A DNA stretch of 63,683 nt, filler included, from Reticulomyxa filosa (GCA_000512085.1; 20 parts of 20 records of this genome joined end to end with filler, not necessarily neighbours in it), one strand, 5' to 3'; positions 13,049 through 25,201 are shown, counted from the first letter of the whole stretch. The notes: generated by a model not told the origin, from the sequence alone. A program made the numbers and translations.

Positions 13049-14523
13049 TTACTTTCCACAACTGTCCCATGTCCAGCCACACAACATTGCGCTGATGATA
13101 TACAAAACCAGCTGTTGAATGTTCATAAAACACACAAAACCAAAGTTTTGTCTTCTTTTCTGTTTCTTTTGATTAAAAAAAAGTTACGTACCACCACAAT
13201 ACTAATCAACACACATCTTTGTTGATACAAATCGCGGCAGTATTGATATTGTACTTGCCTACTCCTACGTCGAAACAATCCCGAACTTTCTTGGACATCA
13301 TCTGCTTTTTGTTGCAATAACACTATTGTTTCATGTCTATCGATTGCCGTGTCTAATTTGTGCATGCATAGTAGGATACACACAAAAAAAAGGTCAAACA
13401 AACAAGCCAAGGTTAAAACAGTTTTGATTTGTGCAAGTCATTGCATGAAACATACCAATATTTTGTCGGACAGTGTCTTTAATATGGTCGATTTGATTGA
13501 TGATTTGGCTTATCTTGGATCCACTGGATGACTGGTACATGCGATGACCCGGCGGTGGTGGTTTGGTTCTCAAGTCGTAGAGTTCATTATTACTGCCGCC
13601 GCCAAAGTTGCTATTGTTCCTGTGTTTGCCACTTTCGTCGCGATCCTTATTCTCAATATCTTTGTAATCCATCGCTCCAGAGTCTGAGTCCAACAATGCT
13701 TCTTCTTGAAAACTGCTTGGATCATCAGCCAACGTCGCCATTGCGTCCTTTTTTTTTTTTTTTTGAAGTTTGTGTTGAACTTTATTTGCTGTCTGTGCCC
13801 CTTTTAAATTTGAGGTAAAGTAATCAAAATAATAACAATATAATAATGAGTGAATGCAAATAGTTAACAATTTTTAATAACAATAATAATTAATAATAAA
13901 AAGAGTAATTAACTTTCATAAATGAACTAAACATTCTCAGTTGATTTTTCAAAGACTGGTCAATATTAATTAACGAGCTAGAATCGGCTGATTGTGTTTC
14001 GGACGACGCAGTTGCCGCGCTCGTGTTGCAAAAGAGGTCTAAGGACGCTCGGAACGTTTCCAAAAATGATTTGCGAATTTTCGTCAAAAAAAAGTGTGCT
14101 GCTTCTCTCGTCTCTGTCGGGGTCGCTGCATATGGTAAAGCTTCCGTTACACATAAAAATATTAAGTTCTCTTTGTTTGGTTGTTGATCGTCGGGTTCAC
14201 ATCCGTGCACATAGTTATATGCATAGCTTTCTCATCCCATTTTTAAAGAGAAGACATATTGTTCCACAGTTCAACACAACACAAATAACACTTGTTTCTT
14301 ATCCATTTGAAAAGTTTTTTCTTTTTTTTCTTTTTTTTTCCTACCTGCCGCTTAGCAAGGTTGCCATGCCGTCCGGTCTTCTTAGTTCCCCGGAAGATAT
14401 CTTTTTCAAAATTTTTCGACAACAGCGGACATATTTTGCAGAAGAGCTGCCCACATTGGCTTCAATTAGCAAAGTATCTAATGTTGCAACTAAAGAATAT
14501 TGTATGCGAGGATTTCCTGCCAT
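13049..14523 (-). CDS. VAMP7-like longin R-SNARE (spliced)
   Basis: Longin-like N-terminus (IQYSLVA...; LIFLCVT...AAHFFLTKIRKSFLETF). Synaptobrevin motif KISQIINQIDHIKDTVRQNI|DTAIDRHETIVLLQQKADDVQESSGLFRRRSRQV with zero-layer Arg. C-terminal TM CVLISIVV|LVLYIISAMLCGWTWDSCGK*. Confidence 0.85.
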
Positions 14524-14822
14524 AGATGTGACCTTTATTTGAATGGATTTTTCTCCTTTTTTTTGTTCGAAAAAAAACCTTGCAAGGGCTTACGTCTAGA
14601 ACTAGCAGCGTTAATCTGTTGTCATCGTGATCCAAGCGGTTGCAAAAAAAGCTCATAATATTGCCAAATATTGTAATATACAACAAAGTTTGAGGCTTGT
14701 GACGACGAAAATAGCCTCAAGTTTCACCTTTGCAATTCGGTCGCGTTGAAACAAAACTCAAGAACAAAGAAGTGCGTTTTTTTTTTTATGGGGCAAAAAA
14801 ATCGAAAGAGTTGTGTGGAGCA

Positions 14823-15260
14823 ATGCGTGCTGCAATGAACACCCCATTCCCTGGCCTTGAGCAGCCTTCGAAATGGAGAACACCCCAAGTCAATCATATG
14901 ACGGCAGGAGTTACGCGAAAGGAGTTTTTTTCCTTCCGAGGCCTTGTCACTCGCAGTTTAATAGTGGCAACAACAACAGAACAAAATACGACAAACAACA
15001 GGACAAAACGGATAGAAGTGGGATGATAGACAACAGTCCATTGAATACATCGAGCATGTCTAGTGTTTGCAATCGATTGACATTCGAAACTCCATCGAAT
15101 GGTTCAGACCACGGTGCCGACAAATTTGCTGACAGCCGTAGGAACACGACAAATGAACCATTTTCACTTTTACGCAGCACATCAAAAACTTCACATCACC
15201 AGCCGATACCGGTTGTATCTTCCAGTAGAAACCATTTGCACTTCAATACCTTATTGTTTG
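14823..15260 (+). CDS. 5' part of a Ser/Thr/Asn-rich hypothetical protein, truncated by contig end
   Basis: Overlapping ORFs 14730-15026 and 14873-15265 are probably joined through a poly-T frameshift. Divergent from the VAMP7-like gene. Confidence 0.35.
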
Positions 15261-15440
15261 TCTAAAGCATATTTTTTTGCAATCAAAGAAGGAAAAAGAG
15301 GGGGGGGGGGGGGGGAGGAAAAAAAAAAAAAAAAAAAAAANNNNNNNNNNNNNNNNNNNNNNNNNNNNNNNNNNNNNNNNNNNNTTAATTAATTAANNNN
15401 NNNNNNNNNNNNNNNNNNNNNNNNNNNNNNNNNNNNNNNN

Positions 15441-17760
15441 TGGAAGTCTAGCAATTTGATTCGGTAGCTTGTTATAATGTGTCATATAATCAGGATCAAA
15501 TCTCGGCATACTGATTTTTGACATGCGAATATATGCATTCTATATATTGTATAATTTTTCATTACAAACAAATTTCTAATCATCTTTTATTTCGTGATTT
15601 CTCTGATACAATTAGTATGCCATTGTCAAGTTGTGTTCAGTGAACTTGTTGAACCAACTGACACATTTATGGAGAATATTCATTTCTTCTTATTGCCATC
15701 TTAGTTCAAATGGAGGAAACTGTGATATTACATTCAATGTGTCGTGTGCTGTTGAATTTATCACCACAAGATCTTAAAAATCACAATCATTTGGATACTA
15801 TTTAGTAGTTGTTTGTGTGGTTCCGTTGCTAAGTTCCAGAGTGCGCATGCATACTACAATTATGAACTGATAATGATTGTGTAAAGCAATTTGTATAATG
15901 ATAATCTGTGTCAAATGTCATTGTAGGAGCATAGTAATGTCAAAATACCAACTTCATAGCTGCATTTCCATATACATAATTGACATCTGCTGTTATGTCA
16001 TATTGGAGTACGTGATCAACACAAATATTTAACATGACCTGCATCTTGGATGTATATTCTATTGATTAGTAATTTCGTTCTTGGATATTTTATTTTGTTT
16101 TTAATCTTGAATGTAATCGACTGGGTCTTGTCTGGGGCCAACAGCATCTTCAATTTAGATGCACAAGTAGATACGATGTTTAGATTATGCTGCAATTGAT
16201 CTAACTGTAGCTCAATACCTTTTTCATCACTAGTATAAATGGATGTCCACAATGCTACGCCATATGCAAACATACATGGTACAATAACTTATTTTCATTA
16301 AAATACCAAATCACTGTCATGTCTATTATTCTTTACAATAGTTTGCCAACTCCAGACAACAGTGCAATAGTACTGTAATTTTTGCATATGATGTGGTCTC
16401 TGTATGGCTTCGGTATTGTTATGATGTTCGCTTTCTTCCACAATATTGGAACGTTGTCAATCTTGAAACTACAATCGAATAGTAGAACCAACGAATCGAC
16501 CATTGTGTGAACTACATTCTTGATAATCTAGTTGTGAATATTCTCTGGTCCTTGTGCATTATGCGATGATATGTGTTCGTAAACTTCTATAACTTCTTCT
16601 TTTGTGATATCACATTGTTGTGGGTCAATAATTATGTCTGTCCAATCATTAAGTTCGTGCTATCTCGAATTTCCGCTGCTGACGTAATATCGTCCTCGAC
16701 GAGTTGGTAATGCTCTTAAATTCATCAGAATATCCAGGTAACTGGAGTAGATGTGAAAACAATGACACCAACAACTAAGCCTTCTCCGAATCTGTCTTTG
16801 CAATTGAGTCAGTTACAGTACAAATAATTGATATAATAGCTTTAATTTTGTTGGAATTCATAGACAGTAGTTGCGAAAACAGTTTGCGAGAATTACACTA
16901 TTGCAGATTTTAAATGCTTTTGATAATGTGCTATTGCTTCTCTTGACGAAGCTTCTATTTCAGCAAAGTTTCCTATGCAACAAATCACTCAACAACGCTC
17001 ATTTTCTTTCCGTACTGCCCTGGTCCCAATAGTAATCTTTGCAGAACCAGTGATATAATCTGTACATTGTTCTAATGCAACGTTCAATTGCTTTGGGTCA
17101 TTGAGCAGTCACTGTAATATTATTTCTACATTCTTTCAGTCTGTTTTTCAGTACTTGGCAGAACTATTATTTTTTAGATTCTATATTTCAATTTCCTGCC
17201 TTTTGATATCGAACTGCTTATACTTATCTGACTTTCGTACATTTTCAGATAACAAATGCTCTTATTCATTCAATATTTACACTTGTAATTTCATTTTTTT
17301 ACTGACTGTTTCTGTATTTATGTTATATTTTTGATCGATAATATCTTCTTCATCATGAAAGGGATTTGTTCTTTTGTGAATTAGTCTAATGTTGTATTGA
17401 TACTTGACATCACTAATTTTGCATTTGAATATTTTGAGTTTTCACTACTATTGACATTATATAAATCAATTGCCTTATGTTTCCAATTTATTTCATTACT
17501 AACAGAAGACAAATTTTGCAATTGTGATTGGCTTTTTTCATTCTATTGAGCAATCAATTAGCTTGAACTAGACACATTTTGCAATTTGGTCGGATCAATA
17601 TGATACTAATTGCTTCCTTCCAACAAACAACTTCAGTTAACAGTCTGATATCGATGACAGATTGTGTTTTTTTTTAACATTAAAATATAAATTCGCATTA
17701 TTAAGTCACCAGCCGATGCAAAGTTATATTTGAAACGATTACAACATATTGATTGTACAT
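15441..17760 (-). mobile_element. Decayed, internally deleted non-LTR retrotransposon (RT region, possible upstream APE endonuclease remnants)
   Basis: 16560-16320 reads NAQGPENIHN*IIK...WKKANIITIPKPYRDHIICKNYSTIALLSGVGKLL (RT domains 0-2). 16273-16016 reads MFAYGVALWTS..LAPDKTQSITF..VKYLC (degenerate FADD motif through the VKYLG region). FPPFELRWQ lies downstream. Many stops; the far boundary is approximate. Confidence 0.85.
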
Positions 17761-17873
17761 CCTTGACATAATTCGTATGATCATAATTTTGCAAAGTGTA
17801 AGGAAAATTAAATGAATTAGATCTTGCAAGATAGGAAAACTTGTTTGTTTTGTTTCAAAATCTCTCATTTTTT

Positions 17874-18631
17874 TTAGAAAGGCGAAAGATTATGCTGTTT
17901 GAAGTGAATATGCAAAGAGTTACATAATCGATCAACTAATAGTTTTTTGCGATGAACGATTTGAAAGTTGGGCATATGTGGTTTATCGTAATTGGGATAC
18001 CCCTCTGCCCATGTATACAAAGCAATTTCATCGAGTAAAATCCTGCAATCACTCCCAGGAATATAGGATTTTCCATTTTTGTTTTCATACCATTGCCAAA
18101 TACTTTGTTTGCACTGATTTAAATATATGCATATTTGTAAATTTGAATGAAACAAATAAAAATAGAAAATACTTATTATCATTTAATTAATACCTCGTTA
18201 TAGTTGGGATGATTAGCACGAGGAAATTGTGCAATAGTTACGTGGGGGATCGCAATCTCGACTTCTGTTTTTCCAACAATTTTTATAAGATGATCTCTAT
18301 GTGCAAAAACAATTGATTGCAATAACCGAAAATTTTCACCAATTTCAAGGCCAATTCCAAGTGGGTGTTGTGTATTGGGCCACATGTGGGGCTTTTGCAG
18401 AGTAAAAAATTGAGGCACAACAAAACTATTCATTTCGTCCAAGTATTTGCGAATACTGTTCAATTTTGTTTCATTCACATTTCTTCCCAAAAAGGCTAAA
18501 GTAACATGAAGATCATCTGGATGATGCAGTCGGACACCTTTATGAAAATTTTTCCACTTTGAGAACCATTGTTTACTATATTCACTACGAATAGGAACAC
18601 CAACAAAGTAGTTCCCGTGATGCTTTTTCAT
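17874..18631 (-). CDS. 2H phosphoesterase, ThpR/LigT-like RNA 2',3'-cyclic phosphodiesterase (two exons)
   Basis: YFVGVPI...VRLHHPDDLHVTLAFLG and IPHVTIAQ give two HxT motifs. An 80-nt phase-0 GT-AG intron (18193-18114) joins NYNE to CKQSIW...LDEIALYTW. Confidence 0.85.
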
Positions 18632-19486
18632 GATTGCGGAATAAAGGGGCTAAGAGTTTGTGCTTGGCACTTATACAAATTAATTTGATTCTGTTTGTAG
18701 TATATTTCTTGATTTTAACTTGAAAATATCCTCAGTTAATAAATTTTAAGCCAAATTTCGATTTAAGTAAAGTTGCAGCGTACAAACATAAGGAACCGTG
18801 CGTATTGGAACGACTGTGAGCGTATTTGAAATATCCAACAAATCGAAGACGAAAAATATCGCCCCATGATGGAGTGGCTGCAATCCACGGATTGGGCGTT
18901 GATGCAATCCTATCAACAAGACGACATGAACAAGTGATTGAACACTAGTTTTTGTATTGAAACATATATGGTTTTGCACGTCGACTAACTGTATTAGGAT
19001 TTGAGCAATGGCCAAAAGGCAGTTATTTTTACATCCGACAACAAGCGCACCACTATGCAAGAGTCCTCTAAAAAAATTACAAATGGCGAACTCAGTGTGA
19101 AAAATATGCAAATTATTTAAACAAAGAAAAAGAGTGCCAAATAATTCAATATCTTTAGTATTGCCTTTGAATATTTTTTAATTTTAGTCCTTGTACCTTC
19201 CAAATATGCTAACGATCATTTTTTTTAAAAGGTACAGAAAAATTGGTAAAAAGAAATCAATCTGAAACGTTCAATAGCTTTACGTAGTAATAAGCATTTA
19301 AACCCTTTTTTTTTAATCTCCCAGAACCAGTAAAAAAAATAACATTAAATGCAACATACTTTTTTTTTATTAAAAAAGAGTGCCAAAAGCATATACAACT
19401 TGGAAGGGAAAAGCACGTAATTGTAGAATTTGAGTTCCCCAAAAAAACAAATTTCAAATTGTTGTAGCGACAAATGGAATATACTT

Positions 19487-20245
19487 TCAAAACTTTTGCT
19501 TTTCAATTTCAACAACTTTATTTTTTTGTCGTGCTTGTTTTTCTTGATAGTTAAAGACTGGTTTAACAATGGTGTAGCCAAATTTCCCGATAGTTAATTT
19601 GACTGGAGATACGTGGTCTGTTAAACGCATATGTTTAAGCATATTTCGTGGTGAATCTTTGAATTTGTTTTCGAGTTTCCATTTTAAGCGGGGCAATGCA
19701 TTTTCGTTGTTATGAGGACCTTCAATGCGGTATTGTTCCGGAATAAATCCAGCGTCTTCTAACAAATTCACAACCTCTGGATTTTTAGCCTTGCATCCAA
19801 CGAATTCGGCGATCTCATCAGCAATAAGATAAGACTGTTTCGCAATATCGGGTAGCAATGAAGAATAGTCCAATGTGACAATATTTTTCTCCACCCATTT
19901 GTTTTGTCTCTCTTCAGACGCATGCGGCAAAGCAGCGTTGCTGCCACTCCAGTAATGTCCAATCATCCTCGCCTGCAACTCGAACATGGTTGGGTTGGAT
20001 TCGACAATAGGCTGCGCCCCAATGAATGCCAAGGACTGGTTATACCAGCCGGGAATAAAGGTCAATAAGTACAACAAGAAGCGTCGTTCTTTCACCTCAG
20101 GTCGATACATGGTTTTGAAAAGGTCACGTGGCAAGACTGGAACATCGGGGTCAAATCCAGTTGCAAACACGATTATGTCAACATTTTCAATCGTGGAACC
20201 ATCACTCAACGTAATATTTTTCCCATCACATTTTGCAATTGAACC
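19487..20245 (-). CDS. Flavin-containing monooxygenase, 3' exon (5' truncated)
   Basis: DGSTIENVDIIVFATGF (FATGY-type motif), LAFIG and FELQARM, all typical of the FMO C-terminal half. Confidence 0.85.
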   Translation of the reverse strand, partial: GSIAKCDGKNITLSDGSTIENVDIIVFATGFDPDVPVLPRDLFKTMYRPEVKERRFLLYLLTFIPGWYNQSLAFIGAQPIVESNPTMFELQARMIGHYWSGSNAALPHASEERQNKWVEKNIVTLDYSSLLPDIAKQSYLIADEIAEFVGCKAKNPEVVNLLEDAGFIPEQYRIEGPHNNENALPRLKWKLENKFKDSPRNMLKHMRLTDHVSPVKLTIGKFGYTIVKPVFNYQEKQARQKNKVVEIEKQKF

Positions 20246-20396
20246 TGTTTTTTTTTTTTTTTTTTTAACCGAACAAAAAAAAAAAAAAAAAACTATNNNN
20301 NNNNNNNNNNNNNNNNNNNNNNNNNNNNNNNNNNNNNNNNTTAATTAATTAANNNNNNNNNNNNNNNNNNNNNNNNNNNNNNNNNNNNNNNNNNNN

Positions 20397-21932
20397 TTCA
20401 AAAAAAACAACTTTTGCAGTAAATTGAAAATGATTATGAAGATTTTTTTTTTTTTTTTTAATTACACCTCTTTTAACAAATTAAAACAAAAAATAAAATT
20501 AATTAAAGAAAAGCATGTGAATGTTTATATTGCCATATCAAGATCAAGATCTCTTAAGATGACAACTGAACCAACCAAGCAAAATAAAAAGTGTCAACTA
20601 GAAAAGCTTCCAACAGTGGTATTCGAAAAATATTGTGAAACCATATAAACAATTATTTAAAATGACGTATACGTCCACAATCACAAAGGCTAACAAATTA
20701 GTGTTACGCCTTAACAGAAATAGTAATGTGGATATTAGTGCAGCAGTATCAGGCAAATACATCATTTGTCATGTATCAGATAGCGAATTTAAGACGAAAG
20801 AAGTGAAAGGAATTTGTCCTGGAGAAGATATTGCTGATATTCAATCAGAATTGGAGAATGAAAGTCATGCGATTAGAACAGTTATCGTTCGAAGAAATCG
20901 CAAAAAGCATTCATATGCATTACAAGTCTATAGATCAAGCCAAGCAAGTGAAGCAACAGCGAAATTGCGTATTGGTTTCATCTATGCGACTATTATAACT
21001 AATAACATAAAAAATATAGAAATAAAAGAACAACAATCTCAAAATATTGTTGACAACAAGAGATAACCCAATACAGCAATGAAATTGGATAGATTAACAT
21101 TCCAAGATCATTTACGAAACACAATGACATTCATACAATCATTGAGTAAGATCGTATTGATGTATAAAAATAGTTATCATTGGAAAGAATATATTTCCAA
21201 AGATTATAAATACATTACAAGCATCAGATTGTTATCTATCGGCATAATACACATTTGTGTTTGTTTGGATCGCTTAGCGATTTTCCAATCAGTAATACTT
21301 ACTTTGAGCTTCTTTGGGTATTCACAAGCAATATGGTTCAATCTGGAATCCTTGATTTCACTCTTGCTCGCGAGTTGATAATCCTCGAATCAGGGTTATC
21401 TATTAAATGAATTCAAGTGTACCTTTATATCTTTTGTTTTCCTGTTATATTACGACATCACACAAGCAATAAATATTTGCAGATGTGGTATTATGGACAT
21501 CAATTTACATCAGTGATAAAGATAAAATGAAAACAGTTTGGATTATACATGTTTGTGGGCATCTAGATGGAAATTATTATTGGTTCCATTTAAAGAAAAC
21601 GTGTGAAAAAAAATATGCAAATCTACGACAGTTCCTTAGCCTTTGTAATTGTGGACGTATACGTCATTTTAAATAATTGTTTATATGGTTTCACAATATT
21701 TTTCGAATACCACTGTTGGAAGCTTTTCTAGTTGACACTTTTTATTTTGCTTGGTTGGTTCAGTTGTCATCTTAAGAGATCTTGATCTTGATATGGCAAT
21801 ATAAACATTCACATGCTTTTCTTTAATTAATTTTATTTTTTGTTTTAATTTGTTAAAAGAGGTGTAATTAAAAAAAAAAAAAAAAATCTTCATAATCATT
21901 TTCAATTTACTGCAAAAGTTGTTTTTTTTGAA
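20397..21932. repeat. ~297-bp inverted repeat (arms 20397-20693 and 21636-21932) enclosing LINE fragments
   Basis: ORFs 20424-20648(+) and 21681-21965(-) encode identical peptides. The arms are reverse complements with one mismatch noticed near the inner end. The left arm is cut by the contig end. Confidence 0.95.
20559..21600 (+). mobile_element. Deleted non-LTR retrotransposon remnant: ORF1-like N-terminus fused to an RT fragment
   Basis: IFADVVLWTSIYISD..LDYTCLWASRWKLLL (~21473-21587) is homologous to MFAYGVALWTSIYTSD at 16273. ORF 20635-21066 (EVKGICPGEDIADIQSELE..LRIG) resembles a LINE ORF1 RRM/pre-C2HC region (weaker evidence). Confidence 0.7.
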
Positions 21933-22219
21933 GGGATCTAAGTAGGTAAGGTCAAGATCTTTCAAGATTTGAAGTTGATTTTGAAATATTAGTATTNNNN
22001 NNNNNNNNNNNNNNNNNNNNNNNNNNNNNNNNNNNNNNNNTTAATTAATTAANNNNNNNNNNNNNNNNNNNNNNNNNNNNNNNNNNNNNNNNNNNNAAAA
22101 CAGTCAAATAACAACAAAAATAGCAAAAATTTCAAAAAAACTTAAAATTTAAGCAATTCTTTATAAACCAAAAATTCTGTCGAAAAAGAATTTAAATTTT
22201 TCAAACAATTAGGATAGTA

Positions 22220-22350
22220 ATAAAAAACAAATATATTTAAAAACTACACTTTTTTCAAAAAATTATGTTTAAATGTTGTTTCTTCATTGAGAAAATCAAT
22301 TATCTCTATAAGGTGTCGTCTTATATGTGAACTTTCTTGCATTTTACTGT
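22220..22350 (+). repeat. Dispersed repeat, homolog at ~48990-49140
   Basis: Shared blocks TATTTAAAAACTACAC, TTAAATGTTGTTT(C/T)TTCAT(T/G)GAGAAA, ATCTCTATAA and AACTTTCTT in the same order. Confidence 0.7.
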
Positions 22351-23142
22351 AAATACATAAGTTTTCTTGACATTGAGCTTGATCTTTATGTAATCAATTA
22401 TTCTTGTAATAGATCACTGGTAGCGGATGATTGCAGATTGTGGATATATTTTGAAAGAGCGTGGTTTATCGATGAAAGATAGCATTTGGAAGAACATAAA
22501 CGGTTTGACAACTCAACAAAAATTACTTGTGGAACAACGTGGTGGGACTTTTTGAATTTCTTTTGTTTATTTGTAAATAAAATTCATCTGAATATCGGAT
22601 TTTGGCAGAGTTGATGCTCAACTAGACAATTGATTTTTCTTTTCAATCTTATGCATCAACTTGTTTTGTACAACATGGCTCAAATAAAATGGAGGAACTT
22701 GTGTTGTGTGTGGAAAACTGTTCTTCGATTTTTGCTTGTATCATGCCATTTTATCCAAAATGAGGTTGCTTTTACCTTCTTTTAACTTTCAATGACAGCC
22801 AACACAAAATGTATTTTGTTAAGTCGATACATTGACAAAACGAGTGCTCAACAAAAAGATAAAAAAGCAGTCACTGAAAATTATTCAGATTTAATGTGAG
22901 CAATGATTTGACAAAATGTGTGTTCTTCTGATGTGTGCGTATCAGGGATAACCAAATCAGAAATTAATAAAAATTTCTTTTTTTGAATGAATGTAAGCTA
23001 AATTATATTACCCAAAGAGAAAGCAATAACAAAAAAAAACGCCATGACAATAAAAGAAAATACACGTTTTCGATCGGGTTTCTGTTGGATTAGGAAAAAA
23101 TATATAATATAAAATTCAGTGTATACATTTCAACCGGCTGAT

Positions 23143-23224
23143 ATGACTGAATCATGGAAGGAAAAGGTGGCAGAACTGCGGAAACAAAAAGGAAATGATG
23201 TTTGTGCAGATTGTGGACGCAAAG
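23143..23224 (+). CDS. ArfGAP-domain protein, first exon (truncated)
   Basis: MTESWKEKVAELRKQKGNDVCADCG matches the ArfGAP Zn-finger start (LxxxxGNxxCADCG), followed by a GT donor. Confidence 0.8.
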
Positions 23225-23431
23225 GTGAACGAGACTGCTTTTCTGACGTTTGTATTTGCCACTTTACAAACAAAAAGATCAAATTCACAAAATTGCACAA
23301 GAACTCATGAACCCATATCTTTCATGCCTTTNNNNNNNNNNNNNNNNNNNNNNNNNNNNNNNNNNNNNNNNNNNNTTAATTAATTAANNNNNNNNNNNNN
23401 NNNNNNNNNNNNNNNNNNNNNNNNNNNNNNN

Positions 23432-25201
23432 AATTGTTGGGTTCGTCGTTTATGTAGACAAATATTCGGGATAATATTCACACAATTGAACGAACAACAA
23501 AAAGATGATTTATTTGAATTTTTATCAAATGGATTCAATAATAAAAGTGGTGATATTCTTCAATCATATTCAGATACACTTCAGAAAATAGTATTGCAAT
23601 TAAATAAGACACAATTAAATAAGCTGTTTGATTGTTTGCGGAATAAACTCAATACTATGAATAATGATGTAGAAATCGAAAAACGTTTATCAGAATTAAA
23701 CAAATTAGATCCAGACGATTTTTTTATGTGGAGGACCAATAATAAAGATTATGATTCATATATTCGTGTACTTAGAAAAATAGCATTACAATTAGATGAA
23801 ACAAAATTGGATGAATTTTTTCAATTTTTAAAAGAAAGATTCGATCATTGTAACGGCTATGTTTTTCTTTCATATGTAAAAATATTCGAAACAATATCAT
23901 CAAAATTTAATAAACGACAAATGGATTCATTGGATTTTTTGCGCATCAAAGAAGTTTCATTAAACTTGGATGAGCAACAACTAGCCCACTTACTCCGATA
24001 TGTAGAAGATGGGATAAAAAATTATTTTGTGTTAGATGTAACGCCGTTTAAAAAAAAAGTATTGCAACTAGATGGAACACGATTGCGTAATCTGTTTCAA
24101 GAAGGATTTAATTATAAGGACTATCGTGTCTGGCATTCATATGTGAAACTACTCGAATCAATAGCATCGGAGTTGAATGAACAACAAACGAGGAGCACAT
24201 TTGAATTGTTATTAAAGGGGTTGAATAATAAATACGCTGATATTCGCTGTTTATGTGTGAAAGTACTTCGAGGAGTGGTATCGAAATTGAGTGGAACACA
24301 ATTACATAATTTACTTTCCATTTTAAAAGAAAAATTCAACCATTATGAGGTTCAATATTTACGTGTAAAAATACTCGAGAAAATATCGTGTACAAAAATA
24401 CTTCAGACAATATCACCAAAATTAAATAATGAGCAAATAGACAGTTTACTCCAATATTTAGGATATGGATTCAATCATGGTGATGACAGCACCCATAACT
24501 CATGTACAAAAATATCACCAAAATTGAATACAGAGCAAATAAACAGTTTACTTCAATGTTTAGAAAATGGATTCAATGATGGTGATGACAGTATTCATAA
24601 CTCATGTGCAAAAATACTTCAGACAATATCACCAAAATTAAATAATGAACAATTAAGCAATATACTTCAATGTTTAAGCAATAGATTCAACCTGAATGAT
24701 GACAATCTTCAAAATTCATCTCAAAAAATATTTGGAATAATCACAGCGAGATTGAAAAAAGGAGCTCTCAACGAAACAGTTGAATATTTAAAATATGAAT
24801 CCAAAAATTATGATATCCAATCTTGGATCTTATGCACCAAAATAATGTCATCAATATCAAATGAATTGAATGAACGACAACTGGATATCACATTCAAATC
24901 TTGGATGGATGAATTGTCATACATAAAGACACTTCAAATGATAGCTTTGGAATTGAATGAAACACAACTGAATAATTTGCTTCATTATTTGCAAAAAAGT
25001 TGCAGTAAAATTGCCAGTGAAAGTTCCCTTCCATATGAACAAGTGCTAGAAATAGTATTATCCAATTTGAACGATCGAAAAATTAACACATTCAAAATTT
25101 TAATGGATGGGCTCAATAATATCAATTATGAAGTTCGCAATTTATATGTAAATGTATTAACGAAATTGAATGACGAACAATTGTGTTTATTAATAAATAA
25201 T
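23432..25201 (+). CDS. HEAT-like alpha-solenoid repeat protein fragment (both ends truncated)
   Basis: Open frame over the contig with ~38-42-aa repeats of the form LNExQLxxLxxxLxxGFNxxDxxIxxxCxKILxxI. Confidence 0.75.

Noticed and set aside
20424-21965. Two identical 74-aa genes on opposite strands
   Set aside because: They are the two arms of the inverted repeat read through poly-T; no evidence of independent genes.
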